Source: an uncultured virus (IMG/VR IMGVR_UViG_3300005600_000030)
Lineage: Duplodnaviria; Heunggongvirae; Uroviricota; Caudoviricetes
Length of the DNA: 64,000 nucleotides
Virus record (IMG/VR): IMGVR_UViG_3300005600_000030
Location: 1 to 64,000 of that record
Strand: one strand, 5' to 3'
The notes beneath the pieces were generated by a model. The model searched no databases. It saw only the letters and a list, made by a program, of their open reading frames with translations, and was not told the DNA's origin. Within the stretch, counting starts at the first letter, position 1, and each line of letters opens with the position of its first letter. The position numbers and the translations under genes were made by a program. Shown in pieces: positions 56,388 to 64,000 of the stretch.

Positions 56388-58196
56388 TTATGCTCCTACC
56401 GTGCCAACAACTTCTTCGAAGTCTACACCAGTTCTAACTGCAACAAAGTTCAATTGAACGAAGTTGATAGAACGTGCAGGTTTCACAAAGATGCTTGCAA
56501 CGAATTGGTTATTGTCCACAACTTCTTGATTGTTGTTTGTTTCATCACATACAACACGGAAGTCAGTTATACCTCTACGACCCTTAACTCTACGGAGGAA
56601 AGGTTCTACAATGTTTACGAATTCTGCACGAGTAAACTCGTCATTGAATTCGAACATTACATTTTTAGCAGCTTCACCAATTGACTTCTCAATCGCAATG
56701 AACAAACGTCTTACGTTGATACGGTCAAATGCAGAAGGTCTGCTTTCCAACGTCTTATCACCAAACAGAATCAGACCAGTGCCTGGAATGTTTGCGATAG
56801 GATTAACACCTGCCTTATATAGGGCATCACGTTGGGTTTGGTTTGGATTCGTCAAGATACCCGTAATACCACGATAGTTACCACGTCTTTGACCGGCAGG
56901 TGAATACCATGGGTCTGCGATAACGTCAGTAGCAGCCATCAGACCCGCAGTGCTTGACGCAGCAGGAATGTTGATGTACTTATCGTTGTACTTATCGAAC
57001 ACTTTGAAGAAGTTGTTATCTACTACTAAGTAAGATGATTTTGTAAGAGTATTCGCGAACGAAACTGCATTGGTTTGTGCCTGTGCATCAGTCTTACCCA
57101 CAACACCTGCTCTATCTACTGAAGTAATAACAACACAGTCTTTACGTGATTCAGCGATTGATACAAGGTCATTTACTACAGAAGTGCCGTTTGCCTCAGA
57201 ACTATGTTGAGGTGCAATCAGGAAGTCAATCTCAGTAGTGAGTTTGTCTTCGAACAGATCGTAACCTTCAGCGAATTCACCAGTACCCAAAGTTGCAGAC
57301 TCTTGTCCACCACCAAGGTTTACTGTGCGAACACCGTCCACAAGACCAGTACCTAGACCGTAGTTTACTGCGGTGTCGGTATCAGGAGTAGTTCCCCAGT
57401 TTCCACCCAGATCCAAGTAATCGGAACCGAATGCAGAGTCATCACCGAAGTAACCATTCCAGATGTATTGAGAGTTTTGGTTCAATACGTCAGAGATATA
57501 GTTAGGTGAATTATCAGGAGTTACTGCACCACGTGCAACAGAGAGGTATTCAAACTTCTCGAGAACAGAACCAACAGTACCAGTGATAGCACCAGTACGG
57601 TCAATGATTGCAACGTGAACTTCATCGTTAGCTGCACCATTGCTGGTTGCATACGCAGAAGTGCCTGGAGCACCATTGAAGTTAGACGCATATGCCCAAC
57701 CAGTAAAGTGGTCTACACTCGCAGAGTCTCCGGCAGGACAGAAAGAAACTGTCAATGCGTTACCCAATTCGCCTGGATATTTTGCAATCCAAGTACCAGA
57801 AGAAGTTGCAGCTGCACCTTCACCTACCGCAGAACTGACAGAGTTTTCCCAATGGTCAAGGTTATTAACCAACATTGAGTTACCGTCAGAATCACCAGCA
57901 AATTTAGTTACTGCACCGTGTGCGTTCTGTCCACCATTGTTCTCGCGAACAACCTGTAGAGTTTGTGAGTATTTAAGAAAGTACGCAGCGGAATGGAAAT
58001 CCACTGAGTTCGTGTCGTCAGGTGCACCAAAAGTTGATACCAGACCTGTTTCGTCTGCAATCAATGTTCTTTCGTGTACTGGGCCCCAACGGAAGTTACC
58101 TACGAAACCACCACCAGATGAACCGACCGCAGGTACTATGCCTGTTTTGTCGATTTCGCTGATATTGATCCGAGGAGATGCGGGTTTAACAGCCAT
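56388..58196 (-). CDS. 18: Tail sheath protein gp18
   Basis: F.WGP, PW.SPAG..RG, FDRINVRRLF, FEFND, KPARSINF. Confidence 0.98.
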   Translation of the reverse strand: MAVKPASPRINISEIDKTGIVPAVGSSGGGFVGNFRWGPVHERTLIADETGLVSTFGAPDDTNSVDFHSAAYFLKYSQTLQVVRENNGGQNAHGAVTKFAGDSDGNSMLVNNLDHWENSVSSAVGEGAAATSSGTWIAKYPGELGNALTVSFCPAGDSASVDHFTGWAYASNFNGAPGTSAYATSNGAANDEVHVAIIDRTGAITGTVGSVLEKFEYLSVARGAVTPDNSPNYISDVLNQNSQYIWNGYFGDDSAFGSDYLDLGGNWGTTPDTDTAVNYGLGTGLVDGVRTVNLGGGQESATLGTGEFAEGYDLFEDKLTTEIDFLIAPQHSSEANGTSVVNDLVSIAESRKDCVVITSVDRAGVVGKTDAQAQTNAVSFANTLTKSSYLVVDNNFFKVFDKYNDKYINIPAASSTAGLMAATDVIADPWYSPAGQRRGNYRGITGILTNPNQTQRDALYKAGVNPIANIPGTGLILFGDKTLESRPSAFDRINVRRLFIAIEKSIGEAAKNVMFEFNDEFTRAEFVNIVEPFLRRVKGRRGITDFRVVCDETNNNQEVVDNNQFVASIFVKPARSINFVQLNFVAVRTGVDFEEVVGTVGA

Positions 58197-58262
58197 AGCA
58201 TTTTCCTTTGTTTTCGTTAACGAATAATACGAGAATCATAATACGGTTATATTCAATACCTT

Positions 58263-58270
58263 TATTTATA
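58263..58270 (-). promoter_or_regulatory. T4-type late promoter
   Basis: TATAAATA upstream of gene 18. Confidence 0.8.
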
Positions 58271-58283
58271 ACAAACCAGTTCT

Positions 58284-59897
58284 TTACCAGTCGCGGTCGA
58301 TTACAGTGTCCATCTGGTGCCATCCTTGATTGTGATGGGTAGTATTCTGTTCTTCGATGTAATCCGAACCATCATCAATATACCCGAACGGAACAATATC
58401 ATCTTGAATTGCTTGCATCTTTTCTTCAAACATCATTTGTTTGAGATTTATATCTGTCATATCTGCAAAGAACTGTGTAGACACAAAGTAACCAAACATA
58501 ACCAAATTCATCATGAGATCGTCATGGTTACCATCTGAGGCTTCGTATGATTGTCCCTTACCGATGAATGTAGATATCTCTAGTATGGTCTGTTCATCGT
58601 ATATGTCAAGTTTACCCGTCTCGATAATGTCCTTGATAGCAGAACAACCTAGACGTTTGACCTTACGAGTCATTTCTATACCGAGTGCGTTTGCTTTGGT
58701 TGCACTGGAAGTGTGGAGATTCTCATATTCTAAATCATAATATAAACCATTACATACTACAGTCCCTTGGTCATTCGATTCAACAACAACCCATGATTCA
58801 TTGTAGAGAGTTGCATACTTATATATAATATTAGGAAAGAGCAATGGAGAAATAGTATTGTTGCGATACACGGCGACCTGTTTAAATGGTCTCTCGGTAA
58901 TATCGATTACGTTAAACGTAGAATAATCCTGTCCTCTTCCCTTCGACACATCAACTGTCATGATATATTCATGGTCTTTGATGGGTTCATTATATATTAG
59001 AACACTACCACCTTCATACTGATTTTTGTATGGAACTGCACGTAATGACATCAGTGTTTCTGCACTGATTAAGGTATCACCCGTACCGAAAAAAGTATTG
59101 CCGAATTCCTGATCGAACTGTAACTGAGATGTATTCGAAATGGTTTCATTCTTCCATTTCTCGTCACGGCCAGGCACGTCCCACCAATCCACTCGGAATG
59201 GTTTGTATTCATTGGTACCTTGTACTGCACCTGTCCAGATCTTCTCGAACTGATTACCGATACCGTTTGCGGTAGATGTGATGATTACCTTGGTGTCTTT
59301 ACCAGAAGATACTACAGGGTATGTAGAAGTATAGAATTCTGTCGCATTATCTACGAACGCAAACTCATCAAGAAATAGAAGATTGACAGACATACCACGA
59401 ATAGAAGACCCAGAAGTAGCAGCAGCGATGATACGACTATTATTAGAGAATTCAATAGAACCCTTGTTAAGGGCTTTACAACCTGGCTGGAGAAAAAATG
59501 GTAGATTCTCGAGCATGAGTGTAACACGTGCGAGCATCTCTCGTGCTGTTGCACCTTTGTTTGCAAGGACTGCAATAGTTTTCTCAGAATGGAAACAAGC
59601 AAACCAAAGGAGGTAACCAACCGAAGAAATAGACTTGCCAGATTGTCTACAAGCGAGTACAATAGAAAACCTATTCTCATCGAAATGGTCGAACATTTTT
59701 TCTTGATATGGATATAGATCGAAGTTAACCAGACCACGGTCAAGATGCACCACCTTTACATATGTACGACAAAAGTATGCGGCATCACCCATACACTTCT
59801 GGTACTCTTTTATTTTCTCTTCTGTCCATTCCTCGGCAACCCCATCTCGTTTAACTTGGGGGTTTCCAAGATACGATTCCTTAGTCTGAGTCGTCAT
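58284..59897 (-). CDS. 17: Terminase large subunit gp17
   Basis: RQSGKS, FLDEFAF, STANG, DVSKG.GQDYS, HDDL.M. Confidence 0.98.
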   Translation of the reverse strand: MTTQTKESYLGNPQVKRDGVAEEWTEEKIKEYQKCMGDAAYFCRTYVKVVHLDRGLVNFDLYPYQEKMFDHFDENRFSIVLACRQSGKSISSVGYLLWFACFHSEKTIAVLANKGATAREMLARVTLMLENLPFFLQPGCKALNKGSIEFSNNSRIIAAATSGSSIRGMSVNLLFLDEFAFVDNATEFYTSTYPVVSSGKDTKVIITSTANGIGNQFEKIWTGAVQGTNEYKPFRVDWWDVPGRDEKWKNETISNTSQLQFDQEFGNTFFGTGDTLISAETLMSLRAVPYKNQYEGGSVLIYNEPIKDHEYIMTVDVSKGRGQDYSTFNVIDITERPFKQVAVYRNNTISPLLFPNIIYKYATLYNESWVVVESNDQGTVVCNGLYYDLEYENLHTSSATKANALGIEMTRKVKRLGCSAIKDIIETGKLDIYDEQTILEISTFIGKGQSYEASDGNHDDLMMNLVMFGYFVSTQFFADMTDINLKQMMFEEKMQAIQDDIVPFGYIDDGSDYIEEQNTTHHNQGWHQMDTVIDRDW

Positions 59898-60225
59898 GAG
59901 GAATCACTTGTTTTTCATTGTGTAGGAATCGTTGTAGTTCAGTTGTAGACCCAATGAATATATTATTATTGGTCGTACCGTTAGGTAGTTCTTTTGGTTT
60001 GTCTAGTTGTTCGATTTGTTTCTTTGTTTTATTCAATGCCATCAGACGGTCAGAAACATCCGATACGTTTTTAATCATACCGGACAGAACTTCGAACGCA
60101 CGAGGATGTTCGGACTGTTTTGCCAGTTCCAACATCTCTTCGATACCATCTCTACCCTTTTCGATTAGGTCATAATAAACGTCACGAGAAAACTCGTAAT
60201 CGTCATCCATCTTTTTATCTGTCAT
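59881..60225 (-). CDS. 16: Terminase small subunit gp16
   Basis: DYE..R, HPRAFEV, NN.F.GST.EL. Confidence 0.95.
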   Translation of the reverse strand: MTDKKMDDDYEFSRDVYYDLIEKGRDGIEEMLELAKQSEHPRAFEVLSGMIKNVSDVSDRLMALNKTKKQIEQLDKPKELPNGTTNNNIFIGSTTELQRFLHNEKQVIPHDDSD

Positions 60226-61007
60226 TAAAATTCACTATCCAAGTATACAGTACTGAATCCATAGTCACTGTCAGCACCAACCCCAACAGGTGTCGGTGTG
60301 GTTTGTAAACGTAGTTGGAAATCTTCCCTGTCACTATCACCCGATAAAATATATAGGTTATTATTAACTTCACGGATAACACCACGAGTGGACATCGGGC
60401 CATAAAAGTTAATCTTCATGTTGAATGACAGAGTGTATATAATTGTTCTTCGGTCTCCGATAGAACCCTCATAACCATCACTGAAAGAAACACCTGACAA
60501 TATAATAGGTACATCTTCGGAGATTTCTGGGTGGTCTGTGTTGAATGGTTTGACCGATATCGTGTACTGAGGATTGAAGTAAGGTAGAATCTGTTCGACC
60601 ATCTGCAATGCATCATCCTGAGACTTTGCGTAGATATTAACCTCAAACCCAATATCGTATGGTACAGAAGAATAGAATTGATTCTTTTTAGTCGCGTCAC
60701 CACCTACCGTAGATGAGAATGAATTCATCTTGGGTAGTTGTCTCACTGGGTCATATGTCATAGAAGTAATCTCGAACGACATACGAGGTAGTTTAATTGC
60801 AACCCTGCGTTCTGCTTCCTCACCATTAGCCATCTCACCTAATCTTTCGATGAAACTCTTCTTGGGGGCGTAGGACAAAGGTACCTTAACTTGAGAGATA
60901 GTCTCTCCCGAAGAGTTTTGACGAAGTACATAGATGTTATTAAACATGGAACCGAATACCGATACCGCAGTTCTTACCCTCTTATGATAAAACCAATTTC
61001 CTAACAT
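60225..61007 (-). CDS. 15: Tail sheath stabiliser / completion protein gp15
   Basis: FG..FN, KVPL.Y.PK, LPRMSFE, EQILPYF.P. Confidence 0.95.
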   Translation of the reverse strand: MLGNWFYHKRVRTAVSVFGSMFNNIYVLRQNSSGETISQVKVPLSYAPKKSFIERLGEMANGEEAERRVAIKLPRMSFEITSMTYDPVRQLPKMNSFSSTVGGDATKKNQFYSSVPYDIGFEVNIYAKSQDDALQMVEQILPYFNPQYTISVKPFNTDHPEISEDVPIILSGVSFSDGYEGSIGDRRTIIYTLSFNMKINFYGPMSTRGVIREVNNNLYILSGDSDREDFQLRLQTTPTPVGVGADSDYGFSTVYLDSEF

Positions 61008-62749
61008 TATGATATATCTCCGAATGGATTACTCTCGCTGAAATCAAGGAAGTCCCCTTCAAAGTCATCGAAGAAATCGTTCTGTGCAGCCAGTTGTATG
61101 TTCTGCAATTCCTGTACCAAAGAAGGTGCATAGGACGCATCCTCACTGACTACCGCATTGCTTGTATTAAACGTATGATATACACCATCGTCCGAACCAA
61201 CGTGTACTAGGTACAACGTGTTGTCCGAGTCAGACCATTTCGCAACTTCACCTTTCATGGTGAATGTCCCTTGGTCTTGACTTACGATAGTATTACGTTG
61301 ATAATTACCACCGGCAGAAGGTGCATCAATAGTTACTATTGGTTCTTCATCATAGTATATACCAGATTCGGTAAGTGCTATTGACTCTAGTATACCACCA
61401 TCTGTGATTGTTGTGGTTGCAGTTGCACTTATTGCATTGAAGTGTAGTAGTTTCGCATCGTAAGTTACGTCATCTTCCCACTCTATTGATTGTATGGTAA
61501 GAGTAGTATCATTACCTACAGTCGCATATCTAGGTTCGAGTATCTGTGCTTTACTACCGACTTGTACACGGAACTCATCAATGAATCCGTCCATTGCAGT
61601 CCAGTCTATACCATCAACAGTACGTGCAGCAGTTGCACCTACCGAGTAACCTTCATCACTCACCCAGTTGAAAGTGACACCTGCGAGGGTCGCGTCCAGT
61701 TTTCTTACGAAGTCGAAGTAGATTACTAGGTTGTTAGTTCCTACACCCGCAATAAGAATATGGTGCCAAGTATCTTCTTCGAATAAGATTGAACTTCCGG
61801 TGAGATTTGTTACACCCCCACCTTGGTTATCTCCTCTACTATACACTAATTGACCCGTTGGGTCAACACCCCAGTAATAGGTATTTGTTAGGTCACCGTC
61901 TCCACCACCTGTTTTGAAAATAATATCTTGACCAGATGAAGGAAGGTTGTTAATATATACCCATGCTTCGATACTACCATGCGCACCTGTCTGCGCATAC
62001 GTACCCTCAGAACCTCGACCACGAGTCACGTTAAGTGACGCATTACCGAACTTAGAATTACTTCCTAAAGCTGCACCAATAGTTAATGTGGGTGCAGTAA
62101 CATAACCTCTACCTGTAGTCTGAACATCAAATCCAACTACCGCACCATCAACATCAATTCGTGATAATGCAGTTGCAGTAGATGCTGCGGGAGATTCCAT
62201 AACCAGTTTGTACTGGTATGCAGATTCTTCTTCAACGTCATCGATACCTTCAATGTCGGTATCAAAGTCTTCGTCATTATATTCGAATAATTCACATTGA
62301 AGTCTGAATGTAGGTAGTTGACTCAACTGATAGAACGGAGTCTCGGTCTCTACTTTATATATCTCAAAGATTGATTGTGATAAAGGAAGATAGATTAAGT
62401 CGCCTTCACGAGGACGGAAGTTATATGCATCTAGTTTGTCACCGATGAGTTTCTTCCATCGTCTACGTGCGCATACAAATGTTGCTTGGTCACGCAACTC
62501 CACACCAAACTTAGAGAAGAGGTCACCCTCTCCTCCAAACGCTTCTGCATTCTCGATATACATCTCGATTTTATATGCGTCAGAAAAATGCGAAGGAACG
62601 TCATCAAGGAATATTTTATCCTTGTTAACAATTTCTCGAGGTAAATAGTATACGTCCTGACCATAGAATTGTAAGGACTCTATTACTATGTCCTCATATA
62701 AATTCTGTTCAGCACGTACTGATTGTGAAATCCAAGGATTTGTTGCCAT
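61007..62749 (-). CDS. 14: Neck protein gp14 with a large LamG-like insertion
   Basis: N-terminal G.DVYYLPR, RP.EGDLIY.P; C-terminal DFSE.NPFG; internal IEAWVY..WHHI..GFIDEFRV. Confidence 0.9.
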   Translation of the reverse strand: MATNPWISQSVRAEQNLYEDIVIESLQFYGQDVYYLPREIVNKDKIFLDDVPSHFSDAYKIEMYIENAEAFGGEGDLFSKFGVELRDQATFVCARRRWKKLIGDKLDAYNFRPREGDLIYLPLSQSIFEIYKVETETPFYQLSQLPTFRLQCELFEYNDEDFDTDIEGIDDVEEESAYQYKLVMESPAASTATALSRIDVDGAVVGFDVQTTGRGYVTAPTLTIGAALGSNSKFGNASLNVTRGRGSEGTYAQTGAHGSIEAWVYINNLPSSGQDIIFKTGGGDGDLTNTYYWGVDPTGQLVYSRGDNQGGGVTNLTGSSILFEEDTWHHILIAGVGTNNLVIYFDFVRKLDATLAGVTFNWVSDEGYSVGATAARTVDGIDWTAMDGFIDEFRVQVGSKAQILEPRYATVGNDTTLTIQSIEWEDDVTYDAKLLHFNAISATATTTITDGGILESIALTESGIYYDEEPIVTIDAPSAGGNYQRNTIVSQDQGTFTMKGEVAKWSDSDNTLYLVHVGSDDGVYHTFNTSNAVVSEDASYAPSLVQELQNIQLAAQNDFFDDFEGDFLDFSESNPFGDIS

Positions 62750-62752
62750 CTT

Positions 62753-63514
62753 TTACCCCACGAAGAACATTGGGCCAATGTCTTCTTCTTCTCTAAACTT
62801 GGTCATAAGTTGTTCAATTTCAGTATTCGCATCTTCGAGTATTTGTCTACCCGAGATAGTAACACCGCCTGGCAACTGCATACCTTCGAACTTGGACATG
62901 TTTTGTCCCCACTGACGGCGAATCAATGCGGTTGTATATGCCTTGAGAAACTTGTGGTTCCACAGAGAATTATAATCAGAGTTAGCACCCGTATCAGGGT
63001 CACGTGTACCATATACTTCAAATATTACATAGTTACCTACGGTGAAGTCACCTGCATCATGATAGAAGTATACACGATCTGCCTGTCTATCAAATGTAAT
63101 CTGTGGTTCACCACTTAGTTTCATATCCAACAGTGACAGATGTTGTTGCATCTGTTCATAGTATCCCATGTCACCGCTGAATCTATTTAGGTCTGCAATA
63201 TCATTCAATCGCATCTGATATTTTATGTCAAAGAAGTTGGTAGACGCAGATGCGTTATCCACTCTGAACATTCGAACAACTGTCATCACCTCAGTATCCA
63301 AATCGACATACTTATTATCAATCATTGCCTGAGTGATTTCTTTGGTGATATAATACCGTCTCTTACCGTCCGGATGATGTTCACGGAACCATTGTAGTGC
63401 TTCGTCCACACGGTCTTCTACTTGTTCATCCGCAACATTAATTTCCAATACCGGAGAACCCAAGGCTCTCAAGCAATAATCAATTAGTTCGTCTCTAGTG
63501 TCTGGAGTTGCCAT
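62753..63514 (-). CDS. 13: Neck protein gp13
   Basis: LIDYCLR.LG.PV..INV, QWGQN..KF.G.QLPGG. Confidence 0.96.
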   Translation of the reverse strand: MATPDTRDELIDYCLRALGSPVLEINVADEQVEDRVDEALQWFREHHPDGKRRYYITKEITQAMIDNKYVDLDTEVMTVVRMFRVDNASASTNFFDIKYQMRLNDIADLNRFSGDMGYYEQMQQHLSLLDMKLSGEPQITFDRQADRVYFYHDAGDFTVGNYVIFEVYGTRDPDTGANSDYNSLWNHKFLKAYTTALIRRQWGQNMSKFEGMQLPGGVTISGRQILEDANTEIEQLMTKFREEEDIGPMFFVG

Positions 63515-63524
63515 TTTCTATACC

Positions 63525-64000
63525 TTAGTTAAGTAGTGTACCCGAAGAGTTATACACGTTAATTCTGTAATGTGAACCTTGTTGTCCATCTAGTGTGTCA
63601 GCATCTAATCCAGAACCCGCACCGTCCACGGTTTTGATTGCGGTCAATAGTTCGGTTGGAGTTGAGTACGTCTCTATAGTACTAATAACACCAGATGCAG
63701 AGTCATATGCAATACCCGAACCCGCAACCATTACCCCACGAATTGTGGATGTGTGGTTAGACAGACTTGACACAGTACCAGTAACATCACCAGTTAAGTT
63801 TGCAGTAATAGTACCCGCAGTAAAGTTACCAGAAATATCACGTGCAACAATTGTCGAACCAGTATTAGAAGAAGTCGCAGTAGTTGCAGAGTTCTGTACT
63901 TTACCTGAAGTCGAAATAGTTGCAAGTTTAGTGTCTGCGATATTCGCAGTTGCATTAATCATCGCATTGGTGATGACATTGCTTGCAATACTTGTTGTTA
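63525..64000 (-). CDS. C-terminal part of a tail-fibre-like protein (5' end beyond the window)
   Basis: A/T/S/G-rich; VARD.SGNF.AG and DG.GSGLDAD.LDG motifs; frame open to the window edge. Confidence 0.8.
   Translation of the reverse strand, partial: TTSIASNVITNAMINATANIADTKLATISTSGKVQNSATTATSSNTGSTIVARDISGNFTAGTITANLTGDVTGTVSSLSNHTSTIRGVMVAGSGIAYDSASGVISTIETYSTPTELLTAIKTVDGAGSGLDADTLDGQQGSHYRINVYNSSGTLLN

Noticed and set aside
57640..58227. 195-aa plus-strand ORF
   Set aside because: Antisense shadow of gene 18, explained by its codon bias
1..64000. Alternative genetic code or stop-codon recoding
   Set aside because: Core genes are full length under the standard code, all three stop codons terminate genes, and no suppressor tRNA is present

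Overview
A 64-kb segment of a large T4-like myovirus genome with the gene order typical of marine T4-like phages. No photosynthesis genes occur in this window and the host cannot be assigned from sequence alone. Every credible gene is on the minus strand. Read in transcription order (right to left), it holds: a tail-fibre C-terminus; the neck/tail/head module (gp13-gp23, gp3); uvsY/uvsW, gp55, gp47/46/45/44/62, regA, hsp20, gp43, uvsX, gp41 and thyX; two tRNAs (Arg-TCT, Gly-TCC); many sugar-, sulfate- and oxygenase-type modification enzymes; a late six-gene cluster of exported, fimbria-like proteins (14.8-18.1 kb); a hypervariable early region built from repeated promoter cassettes (5-14.7 kb); a cyanophycin-synthetase-like ATP-grasp ligase; and a late operon whose proteins carry T4 capsid-targeting-like N-termini (0-4.4 kb). 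The best candidates for undescribed biology are the late envelope/fimbrial-like cassette, the putative capsid-packaged enzyme set, the ATP-grasp/cupin/sulfotransferase locus, and a DruA-like + ParB-like + nuclease block beside the polymerase. Family assignments come from motif recognition and synteny, not from database searches.
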